Shown here: piece by piece, positions 25,746-37,094 of the stretch
How positions within the stretch are numbered: the first letter of the stretch is position 1
How the letters are laid out: each line of letters begins with the position of its first letter
Assembly: GCF_036321535.1 (NCBI RefSeq)
Contig: NC_087437.1
Span: forward strand, 103,976,001 to 104,040,000
DNA from: Camelus dromedarius
Lineage: Eukaryota
DNA: 64,000 nt
Reading direction: 5' to 3'
Notes under the pieces: model-generated
Told to the model about the DNA's origin: nothing
What the model saw: the letters and a program-made list of their open reading frames with translations, nothing else
Database searches by the model: none
Position numbers and translations under genes: made by a program

Positions 25746-26346
25746 GGGCTACATGGAATGTACAGAGCTAGTGGACATAATAAAGAAGAAGCAATAGAAT
25801 CCAAAGACCCAAACAACCAACAGTTCTCCAATGACTTCTGCTACCAAGGACACTGAACAGAAAAATTAACTGGGAAATTAAAGAGATAAAATAAAAAAAA
25901 AAACCAGAATAAAATTGAGATGTGAAGACATTACCTAGACTGTATCATATATTGCAAACATGATAAAGACAAGGGGTAAAGAACACTAAATCAAAAAAGA
26001 TTTTTAAAGTATGTTTTAAAACATAATCTAATAAAGTGGAAGATAAGAGTATAACAAATGGGGGCAAGAGCAAATATTTTTATATGCATATATAGAATCT
26101 GAGAATTTCCTAGGACTGAAGAAATTCATGATTCAGGAAAGACAGTAACCTCCATAAGGACTAATTAAAATACTTTACTAACCAATAAAACTAGAGAATA
26201 ATATATGAAGCATGATATGATGAATTATCTATAAGGAAAACAGTGAGATTGACCCCAGATTTCTCAACAATAAAGGAAAAGGAAAGGTTGATTAAAAAAA
26301 ATCTTCAAGATGCAGAGAGAAAATGATTATCTAATAGAACTCTATG

Positions 26347-26747
26347 TGTATTGAGAGACCAATACTCAAAGATCTCTGTACAGTCCATTTTATTTGAAAG
26401 AAAATAGTTACACTGTAGCAAGACAGAAGCATAGTTTATCTGGGGTTACCATGAAAGTTTCTTCCGTCATTCCAATGAAAGTTTAATGATATCAACATTT
26501 ATTAATGCACAAGAATATAAATGCCACATTTATAGAATGACAGATTCAGCTCCAGGTGCTCTGGTCATCATGGATGATGTTGTCACTAATGCACAGTTGC
26601 ACACTCATATCTACAGTTAATCAGAATTGGGCCTCTCTATTGTTTTGCAGGTCTCATTAAGTCACATTATACATACTACACTAACCAATTTAAATAAAAT
26701 GTTTGAAATGGGGGCAACATATTTTCAGAAAAAAGCAATTCAGTACA
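26347..26747 (-). mobile_element. AT-rich ancient ERV1 solo LTR (LTR37-like)
   Basis: On the minus strand starts TGTACTGAATTGC and ends TCTCAATACA (7/8 terminal inverted repeat), with AATAAA ~45 nt before the end. It splits the L1M ORF1 remnant. Confidence 0.6.
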
Positions 26748-27203
26748 CTAATAAGCTCATTTTTAAAAACTCAGTGAATAAATTTAAGAAAGAAAGGCAA
26801 CATTCCTCAAAATGAATGCCTGAAATTCAACATCTGAAGATTAAAAAAAGAAACTGCTTAATCTCTGGATAAGCCAAAATATCAGTTGATTGTATAAAAC
26901 CCAGAAAATAATATATACATTGTAGAGGTCATCAAAGCGACTAGATTAAGTTACTGAGCAATACAAGCGCATAAGTTGCTTACATGGGAAGTTGGGGGTG
27001 GTAAGTCTTGTTTTTAGGAATGTTTGGAAAGAGGGTAAATATTTTTGCTAACTTAGTAGTTAAGTTTATATGCTAAAATATTAGAAGCATCACTAAAATA
27101 AAAATGGACTGAGGATTACAAAGAAAGAGCAGTATACAAATGAAAAGAATGCAGCAGAAGGCAGAATAGTAGAAAACACTGAATAAAGTGGTAGAAATAC
27201 ATA

Positions 27204-27470
27204 CAGTTGATCCTCCCTCTCTGCTGAGTCTCCATTCATGGGTTCAACTGACCTCAAGCAGAAAATATTTGAGGAAAAAGATCCAGAATTTCAAAAAAAC
27301 AAAACAATAACAACTATTCCCCTAGCATTTATATTGTATAATCTAGAGATGATTCAAAGTATATAGGAGGATGTGTCTAGGTTATATGCAAAACTATGGC
27401 ATTTTATATAACAAACATTGAGCATGCCTGAATTTTGGTATCCAATTCCCCATGGATAGAGAGACAATTG
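27204..27470 (-). mobile_element. MER2-like Tigger MITE, opposite orientation to 3179-3454
   Basis: TA|CAGTTGATCCTCC..TTCAAC..AAAATATTT..TAATCTAGAGATGATTCAAAGTATATAGGAGGATGTGTCTAGGTTATATGCAAA..CCCCATGGATA..CAATTG. Confidence 0.85.
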
Positions 27471-28737
27471 TGTTATATATATTAAGTAATCAATCAATGT
27501 AGAGGAAATATTTTTCAATATTAAGATTAAAACTGCATAGGAAACATTATACTTCTTCCTTTTTCAGAAAAAAACACTCCTAAACAGTAAAAAATAAAAG
27601 TTAAAACAAGGAAAGCAAAATGTATGCGCTAAAAAGTGCAAATGTTGAAAATATTTAAGCTGTTTAACAAATACAGATAAAAAATGTAGGAAGCTACAGT
27701 GAGCAAAACTAATGATTGAGAAGAAACATAGAATATAAGAAAATTATTTTAAAATAATGAATGGAAAAAATGGTGGTGTATCATGAAAATAGTGAAACAG
27801 CCATAAATACATAGTACATATATAATAGAGGTGAAGAGAGACAGAGATTGATTTTGTGAGTAATAGTAATAGAAGAGATTCAGAAGACAAAAAGTCACTA
27901 TGGATATTATGTTAATAAACATTATAATTTGCTTGAAATAGAAAATATGTAATTTATCCAAAGTAATTTTAATAAACATAGAAAGCTGGAATTGTTTATA
28001 AGCATTAAAACATTTGATCAGTGACATAAATTCTTTATATACCCAGCTCAAAAGGCAATAAAATTTAACTCTACCACACATGTAAGAAATAAACTATTTC
28101 AATTTAAATTTGTCTAAATAATTATTGGAAAGGAGACCTCTCCATTTCATTTTATGAGACTTAGAGTTCTTGGTACTAATACAGGTCCCCAACAGCCCAA
28201 GAAATGAGAGACTGGTCATTTTTACTCACTGGCAAACTATTAGTAGCTAGAATCCAACATCGTGCAATTAAAACTGAGGCATTATGACCCAGGTATTATT
28301 TACTCAAAAATGGAATAAATGTTACTCAAAGATCTATATTTTTATAATATAGCCAATTCACAAATTAAAAATGAAATATATGATTTAAGTAGCTACAAAA
28401 CAAGATTCCTGAAATCTAATTCCAAGTCATTAAAAAATCTTAGAAAAAGAGAAAGAGAATTTTTTTCATCTGATTGAAGAATCTAGCCAAAATCTATAGC
28501 AAACATCATATATGTTGCTGAAGAATATAAGCCATTTCCTTTGACATAAGAAAAGTTTTAAAGGTAGCTGCTATTCTATTTAAACATGTACTGGAAGTTC
28601 TAAAGTGTTTAGTAAGATAATATAGTTATGCATTATTATACAGAACACTGTAAGATTAGAAATGCTTCAACAAAAAATCATTATTTCATGACACTTAATA
28701 GTTTACAAAATCTAAATTTAGTCTAGATAGTGGAATA

Positions 28738-29960
28738 ACACAGACAATCAAGGACATTATGTAATGATAAAAGGATCAATCCAACAAGAAGATACAACAA
28801 TTGTAAATGAATACGCACCCAACACAGGAGCACCTACATGCATAAAGCAAATATTAGCAAACTTAAAAGAGAAACTGATAGTAACACAATAATAATAGAG
28901 GACTTGAACATCCCACTTATATCTATGGACAGATGATCCAAACAGAAAATCAGTAAGGAAACACTGTCCCAAACAGTACTTGAGAACAAATGTACTTAAT
29001 TGCATGAGATATTCTCCGTGATAGGTCACATGGTAGGCCACAAAAGAAGTCTCAGCAATTTTAAGAAAATTAAAACCATATCAGATATCTTTTCCAACCA
29101 CAAGGCTATGAGAGTAGAAATCAGCTGTAAAAAATAAATAAATAAACAAACAAACAAACAAACCTGCAAATAACACAAACACATGGAGGCTAAACAATAT
29201 GCTGCTAAACAACCAATGGGTCACTGAAGAAATCAAAGAAGAAATTTTTTTTAAAAACGAAAATGAAAAAACATGATCCAAAAACCAATGGGATGCAGCA
29301 AACGCAATTTTAAGGAGTAAGTTTATAGCAATACAAGTTTAACTCACAAAACAACAATCTCAACTAACCTACACCTAAAGGGACTAGAAAGAGTAGAACA
29401 AACAAAACCCAAAGTTAGTAGAAGAAAAGAAGTCACAAAGATCAGAGAAGAAATAAGTAAAGAATTAAAAAACAATAAAAAAAATCAATGAAATTAACAG
29501 CCGATTCTTTGAAAAGGTAAATTATCTGAAGAAGACAAAAACTCTCAAAGAGATATATACACCTATATTCACTGCAGCATTCATCACAATAGCCAAGGTA
29601 TGGGAGCAAATTTGTATACATAGATAGATGAATAGATTATGAAGTGGTGGTATATATACACAATGAATATTACTCAGCCATAAAAAAGTAATGAAATCTT
29701 GCCATCTGCCACAACATGGATGGATCTAAAAAGTATTATGCTAAGTGAGGTAAATCAGAAAGACAAATATACTGTATGATTTTACTTTCATGTGGTATCT
29801 AAAAACAAAACAAAAATAACAAAATGGAGTTATAGAAAAAACAGGTGTCTGCCAGAAGGAAGAGGGTAGTGGGTGAAGGAATAAGAAATAGGTGAGTTGG
29901 ATTAAGAGGTACAAACTTCAGTTACAAAATAAATCTCAGCTATGAAATTCAAAAAAAAAA
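28738..29960 (+). mobile_element. L1 (L1MA-type 3' UTR): endonuclease region fused to 3' end, RT deleted
   Basis: ORF2 EN-region sequence GGACATTATGTAATGATAAAAGGATCAATCCAACAAGAAGA..GCACCCAACACAGGAGCACC runs to TTCTTTGAAAAG, then jumps to late ORF2/3' UTR (TTCACTGCAGCATT..ATAGCCAAG..GGTACAAACTTCAGTT) and an A-tract at 29951-29960. Confidence 0.9.
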
Positions 29961-31529
29961 TAGTTGAAGGAAGAGTTCAAGTCTTGTAAAATACTTAGTT
30001 TATAATTTATAATTCTTTTCAAGTGTTTATCTTTAAACTGAATTTTATAAAGTTCCAATCAATTTCTATTTCTGAATATAATTGTGATTTTATTCCAATG
30101 TTCCAATTTCTTAGTTATAATAGGCAAATATTTATATATTTTACTAACAGAAATTTAAAATTCATTTTAAAAATAGGTTTCCTTATAGAAACCCAACATT
30201 ATAACCTGAAAGTATGTATCCAGTGAAAACAATTGTGAAAAATTATTATAAAATGCTACTGAATTCTAAAATTTGTAAGAACCTTAACTTTTTATGTGAG
30301 GCAAAGAAGTATTTTGTAGAAAAGAGAAAGTGAGAGCAAGATAATCAAACGTGAGTGGGTATGGCTGTGGATATACATGAGACATTCCACCATGAATATC
30401 TAAGATTTTTTGTTTACATACAATACTCAGAATATTCATGATTATCACATTGTGAACATATTTTGTAGTACCCCATTTTCTTCTCAAACTTCCTCCAATA
30501 GAGTAGTGCAGCCTTGACAATTTTTGTGTATTTCCAATGTTCTTCCTTACAAAATGATATTAGCAAGTACTGCATGTAATGTTATGTATTATATATTTTA
30601 TAGTAAAGTTATTACTCATTATTTCTTATTACATTTATCATTTTTTTGAATCACTTGAGAAAACTTGCAGTTTCACCAAGTTAATTGTGTTCAGAGTATA
30701 TTATTTTACATCAGTCATATTTTCATTTCCTTTGTCACATTATCTTTTCCTGGCACTCTCTCTCCAGAACTTGCTCATTCCCATGATCAAGAAATATTGT
30801 GGCAAATTTCTCCAGCCAAGTTCAAATCTGTATACATTCTGAGTTTTATCCACCTCTACCATTTTTTCTCTTTCCTTTGAGGAAAGCTCTATTATAATCC
30901 ATTTAAAACAAAGACTTTAAAAGTTACCTGATAAGCTGTTTTAGAAACTTAATTTCCTTATTTTTCTTGTGTTTTAGAAATCTGAAGTAATCAATTTTGA
31001 ACTCTCTATTTATATTTGAAAAATATTAGTACTTTGAATTCACTGATTCTTATTTTCCCTTGTTTCACATTCAAAAGATAATTGCACAATTTTAATTTGC
31101 TTTGATGTTTATATTCTGCTATTTGTTATGTTGATTTAAAGGTTTTTGACCAAGATAAAAAAAAAATTAACCTCAGTAAGCATTTTAATAGAATATGAAA
31201 ATAGTTCTTCACTGTATTAACTGCAGAAACATTAAAAAATGCAGCAGGGTAAAAATAAGCATAAATGTTAACTTTTTTCCTACAATCCAATATAAAACTT
31301 AAAACAATTGAAAATTTACAAAAGATAAAGTAATGCTGGGAGAATAAAAAATACTATATCCTTTTGTTTCTGATAGTGAAATAAACAGTATCTCTATACA
31401 ACATCTCAAAGTTCTAAATGAGGTAACCAATCAGATGGGTGGTGCAAGGAGGGATGGGCAGCACTTCTAGAAAAGGAGGGAAAAAACACAGAAACATTGG
31501 GGAAAACCCTAGGCCTATGGGTAACGAAC

Positions 31530-32490
31530 TGGATGGATATTCTGTTTGCCTTTCCAGATCTTTTACCTCCTTACAATTCTGGGTCCTTGAAGACTGCAGC
31601 TGTAACTCGACTTGTAAATTCTTAGGTGAATTCTAACAAAGGATCACCGAGGAGAATCTCAGCTGTGGGTCTTTTAATAAAGGAGAAAAAGGCTACGGCT
31701 CTGTCTGCTTCTAGGTTCTAGTTCTAAAACCCACTCCTCTTGTTAGGCAGTCAGTCAAACATAAGTAGTGAGGCCCAGGAGGATAATATCAGGGAGGACC
31801 CAAAAGAGACTCAGTCCTGCCCCTTGCAGGTAACAAACACCTAAGGAACAACCCACCGCAGAGAAGAGACTAAAATCCACAGTGGGAAATTCCCCTGGCC
31901 AAGCATGCACGAAGCCTAGGTCCCCTTGTCCTTAGATGACCCTACCACCCTGAAACCAACTGCTGTTACATATTCTGACCATAAAATACATTAATCTCAT
32001 TATAACAAAGTGAATTCTAGGAAAAACATGCTCAGTTCAGGTACCCCTTAAGTAATTCTCAACTGTCAATCAAATTGACCTGGTCCCCAGGCAAAACCAA
32101 AGCTTAAAAAGCTAAGGTCCTCTGCTTTAGGGGCCACTGCCTCCCTTGGCTTGGCCCACTTCTCTCTTGGAGTGTATCTCCTTTCAAAATAAACTTGCCT
32201 AAAACTCTGCTAACTGTTGTGGTTCCTCAATTCTTTGTTGCACCAACAGCAAGAATCAAGGTCAAGGTAGCCCTGCCATGGTCCATGACAACACTCTCAC
32301 TTATCCAATCAGCCACGGGGATCATAATGCTCTTCTCCCATCTTTCATGGGGGCGAAGCTGCAGCAGCTTTCAGTGCCCCTAATAGTTTCCTCTTAAGTT
32401 TGCTCACACAGTTGTTAATAACTTCAGTAGGAAAATCTCAGTTACTTTATTTGAATGAACTATTTGCTTCTGCCAGGTTCCTGATGATAA
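31530..32490 (+). mobile_element. LTR33-like ERVL LTR split by a younger ERV1 LTR
   Basis: GGATATTCTGTTTGCCTTTCCAGATC start; tail TTTCCTCTTAAGTTTGCTCACAC..TTTGCTTCTGCCAGGTTCCTGATGATA resumes after 32297. Confidence 0.6.
31741..32293 (+). mobile_element. ERV1-class solo LTR with 4-bp TSD (CTCT)
   Basis: TGTTAGGCAGT...GACAACA; CTCT at 31737-31740 and 32294-32297; TATA-like CTTAAAAA at 32103; AATAAA at 32188-32193. Confidence 0.9.
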
Positions 32491-33009
32491 AAAGGACTAT
32501 AATTTTACATTTCTGGAATGTGAACTGCTAAGAGCATTGTAAAAAGATATTACACAGGGTTCACAGAAGTGAGAATTTTGTTTGTCATGACAAGGAGATT
32601 ATGAAACTTCTAAAAGATTTCAAATCAGATCTCATATGGTCATATTAGCATTTCCCAGGGACACTGAAAAGTAGACTTACCAAAAAACACCAGAAAAGTC
32701 AATCAAATTCCAATTTTGAACCCACCATTTAATAGTGTTAACATCCCAAAAAGCATGTTATTATTATTAAGGTCAAATATTAGCCTCCATGGAAAAAACA
32801 AGTCTAAATATGTTTTCTTCCAAAAATATTTCTAGAAAAATCTCAAAGCCTGAAGTATAATAGAATACCTTTCTCCCATATGAGTCTTATAAACAAAAAT
32901 ATTTGGTATCCATTTGCTTATAATCTCTAATAGATCTTAATACCAGATTTTGTATTGTTAGAATTTCAAGTTTTACCTTCCCCAGATGACTGTAAGTATT
33001 TAGCATGAA

Positions 33010-33562
33010 GGAGGAGACAGGGAGGAGTGAGGCAAGGTAGGTGGGTGACCTCTAGGAACTGGGAAAGTCAACAAAATGGATTCCTAGAGCTACGAGAAAA
33101 GAATGCAGCCCTGCCAACACCTTGATTCTAACCTGATGAGATCCATTTCAGACTTCTGTCTGTTACACAAGATAATGTATTCATGTGTTTTGTTTATTTG
33201 TCTTTCTAAGAGCAGTTATAGTCTAATAGCAAAGTTAAGAAGAACAGAGATTTCCATATACTACTCCTCAACTGTCAACATCCCACCAAAGTGGTACATT
33301 AATACGGTTAATGAACCTACACTGACACATCACTATTACTCAATGACCATAGTTTAAATTATAGTTCATTCTTGGTGCTGTGCATTCTATGGGTTTGGGC
33401 AGATATATAACGACATGTATCATTATAGTATCATACTGAGTGTTTCTTTGCCCTAAAAACCCACTGTATTCTGCCTATCTAGTCCTTCCTCTCATCTACA
33501 CTTGTCTTGTTTTAATTCACTGTTCGTGGTGTTTTGTTATGGCAGCAATAGAAAACTAATAC
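33010..33562 (+). mobile_element. MLT1D-like LTR (3' part) interrupted by an L1 fragment
   Basis: CCTCTAGGAACTGGGAAAG..GAATGCAGCCCTGCCAACACCTTGATT..TCAGACTTCTG; resumes TTGTTTTAA..TTTGTTATGGCAGCAATAGAAAACTAATACA. Confidence 0.85.
33193..33500 (-). mobile_element. L1MC-type 3' end inserted in MLT1D
   Basis: AGAGCAGTT..CAGAGATTTCCATATAC..TCAACATCCCACCA..ATGAACCTACACTGACACATCA..CATTCTATGGGTTTG..TGCCCTAAAAA. Confidence 0.85.
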
Positions 33563-36500
33563 AAAATGGAAGTGATGAATATAACGATAATGATGAGAGG
33601 GATATTAATGTAGCTGAGATATTCTAAGTGAAAGCAGAGTAAACTATGCTTTTCTTTAATGACTTCAGTTTTTTTTTTCATATAGTGACTTCTTGTCTGA
33701 CATTTCATCAAATTTTTTTCAAAAACATATTCATTTTCGGCATTATTACATCTGTGTTTTAATCCGTCAGAATTTCCTTGAATATGTTTAGTGTGTGGAT
33801 GATACCTTGCTACAGTTTTTAGTGTTGATGTAGTTTTTTTGTTGTTGTTGTTATTGTTCATTTTGAAGATTATCTGGAAAGAAGTAAATGACTTTCCATC
33901 TTCACAGATATTAAGATAATTAATACATTATAACAAAGTAAAATTTTCTAAATTGCAACCTAGGAAATTTCTACCAATTTACATTTCTGCCAGCAATGTA
34001 TCACTGCCAGTAGTTTCAAACTTAGCCAAAGAATATATCCATTAATGTGATTCTTTTTTAAACTTTGCCAATTTGGCAAATTAAAAAAAAAAAAAACTGA
34101 AGTACCATTCTTTAATTCTGATTGATGTTAGCCATTTGTAACTTTATTTGAAGACACTGCTTTAAACTGTTTTGCAAACAATTCAACCCCAGTGAAAAGA
34201 CTAGAAATACTGTTTTCAAGGCAATTTCTCTTTGAAACATGCAAATTGTCATAGAAAGATATGAAGTATATAAAGGACAAACAGAAAACATTTATCTTTA
34301 ATGACACATTACCTGTTTAAATTACTCCATTAATTAGAGAAAATATAAAACTTGAGAGAAAAAATAAAGCAAAATAAGGAAGTTGTTTATAGAAGTTGCA
34401 TGAGAAAAAATATAGTTTTGGCAAAACTAAACTTACACCATTTTATGTTAACTAGAGAAGGCTCTGTGTGGGTGACAGAATATTCAGAAATTTCAATTAA
34501 ACATTTAATATTAATATATTGAAAGTAATGGGAAATATTCAACTTACTATTGCCATTAAAAATGTAACTCAAATAATAAGAAATATTAAGACATTTATAA
34601 ATAATTATATTAATCATCAGTTCAATAATTTACAAATGTATCAATTTTAAACTTTCAAAAATGCACCAATGTGAGTTTTTTAAGTTTGCAATAAAATGCA
34701 TGGAAATAAAAATTGGGGAGTTTATAGATGAAACTCATTATTAACTTAATAGTTTACATCTATTGTGAATAAAGAGCAAATATCCTTATATTTCAAGTTG
34801 TGTTCTCTAAAATGGCAATATTGCTTTATAATAAAATCAATGGTTAAATCTAAGAAAGAAAAATAGTTGATTTTAATAGTTCAAAAACATGTATGGCAGT
34901 AATATATAATCAACATATTGACAAACTACAGTTACTTATAATTTTAGTGAAATTTTTATCAGTCCATGGTGTTCTATTGGTCAAGATTTTTCTATTAACT
35001 AATTTGGTTAATACAAACATAGAAACATGCGCTTCTTTTAAAATTCTTTTCATGAATGTGCTGTGAAAGCCACAATTGTAGAAACATTTTTCATGTGGTT
35101 ACACAGGATCCAAAGGAATATATAAACAAAAAATACAGCAATTGAGATAGTCATTAATACTGTAATGATAAACTCTAATTCTCTTAACCTGGAGATTTGT
35201 TTTATATTGTCTGACAAACAACATAGAACGATTAAAGTTACCATTCTCATCCAGGGGGAGATTATTTAATTATGCTTTGGTCTACATTTTTACATGAATG
35301 AATGGAGAAAGATACTACAGCCAAATGCACAGCATTTTCCATAAGCTGCAGAGATAAGTAAATAAATCAAACAATTATTTCCTAATCACACTAGCAACCA
35401 TAAATAGCTTAAGAAAAGCCAACCAGTAGTAATCACCTTAGGCTACATATTTAATTTATCATGGTGGCAGCATAAAATGGAAATCTCTGCAAAGACTTTC
35501 AGTGAAATAGCATATAAAGCATGGCTAGTAATAGTCTATGATTAGTAGAATAATGCAATAAGGAAAATATAAAAGATGCAATTGAAATATTCAAGAAGAG
35601 CTATTGGTGATTAAACGTGTATAATATAGTAGTGCAGAGAGTTATTTCTGATGTTTTAAATGGAATTATCTGTGTTCACAATATAGACAGCTAGTATGTA
35701 TGCTCAATATAACAAAAAATTTGATTAAAATTAACTCTACCCTTCAGGCATTGTGCTTTCTTCAATAACACTTAAGTAAAGAATAAAACTGAACACAATC
35801 TATTTGAGCAAGTTAACAGATATCTATTACACTCTGCCCATCACTTATTATTCATTAAAAGAAAAATTGAAAATAATGAACTGGAAAAATCTGCAAGCAT
35901 GCTAAAAATGTATTATAAGAGTTTACCAACATCGCATGTATAAGGAGTCTTTACTATTAACAATGTGAATGGAATTGTATTTAAATATTATGTACAGGCT
36001 GTCTCATCAAAAAAAGTGAAAGATGACCATGAATAAATTTGAATAAAAATTTTACTAGAGATTTTTGAGAATCCCATACAAGACACATTATGAGGATCTG
36101 GAAGGAATAAACTATCTCACATATCTATGTTCAAGTTTACTAGAAAGACTGTGAGGTGAAAGTAAGTATCTGGTTGCAATATTCAAACAAAGCAGAAAAA
36201 AATAAGCATACATTACAGGTTAGGAAAAGGAGAGGTAAATAAATGTGTGATCTAAATAAAACCTTATTTTGTGAAAATAAATATTGTAAAAAGTCCCCCC
36301 CTTCATTTTCAAACTACTGAACTCTAAAATGTAAAATGAATGTATTGTGTATATAAATATAAACAACTTTTTCATTAAAAGGGACATATACAGGAATTCT
36401 GACACTCTCAAGTAGTTGCTTTCAGTTCTGATTCCACATCTAATTCAAACGATACACACCAATTGTGAATGCATAGACTACCTCAAAAACAGATAAGCAA

Positions 36501-36857
36501 ATAGAAAAAGAGGTAATATTCACTGTGTTGATTTTTCATTAAAAATAAAAAGCACAGACAATTCACTGCGAAACTAATGGTAACCAAAAAACAAACTAGT
36601 TCTAAAAATGTTTAAGCGTACTTTCAATAGGATTCAGGGAGATTTTGTACATGTGAAACATAAACAAGCATTCATAAAAGTAATCAAGTGAGAAATAGTT
36701 ACAGAGAAATTAAAATAAAAAAACATTTTCTGCTTTCAAATTATAATGGAGGCAGTGAACAAGAAGTTATCACTGCAAAACCTTGAACCATTAAGGATGT
36801 ACTGTCTGGGGTATATATTCACTTTCAGAAATAGAAATTGTCAGACAGTAATTTAAA

Positions 36858-37015
36858 GCCTTGGTAATCCAAGTGTGGTTCTGGACTAGCAGTATTATCC
36901 TCTTCTTGGAATTATTTACAAATGCAAAGTCTTAGGCTTCACTCCACAGAATTAAAAACTCTTCTTTAAAAAATTCACAAGAAAAGTTATATGCAAATTA
37001 AAACAACAAAGCACC
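36858..37015. mobile_element. MER5A/MER5B (hAT-Charlie)
   Basis: CAAGTGTGGTTCTGGACTAGCAGTATT..AAATGCAAAGTCTTAGGC..TTATATGCAAATTAAA. Confidence 0.65.
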
Positions 37016-37094
37016 TTCAAGTTTACTAACCAAAGTCCTTTGCGACCTGTGAGATCAAAGAATAGTATCTGTGAAAGCAATATAGGTCCCAAAT

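Larger units (their letters stand above)
25900..28700 (+). mobile_element. Fragmented ancient L1M(E) ORF1/ORF2 remnant, interrupted by an LTR and a MER2-like element
   Basis: ORF1-like GAGAATTTCCTAGGACTGAAGAAA, GATTGACCCCAGATTTCTCAACA; ORF2-like CATTTCATTTTATGAGAC, TAGCAAACATCATA, TATTTAAACATGTACTGGAAGTTCTA. Confidence 0.65.

Noticed and set aside
27749..30880. Hydrophobic F/I/L-rich ORFs resembling membrane peptides
   Set aside because: The composition follows from T-rich reading frames of AT-rich DNA or antisense L1; no splice or homology support.
24420..32293. The two similar LTRs as the 5' and 3' LTRs of one ~7.9-kb provirus
   Set aside because: Each has its own TSD, the U3 regions differ, and the interval contains L2, L1 and MER2 fossils with no PBS, gag, pol or env.
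36059..36166. Plus-strand exon candidate ending AAA|GTAAGT
   Set aside because: Weak acceptor, an in-frame stop before the donor, and no recognisable protein.
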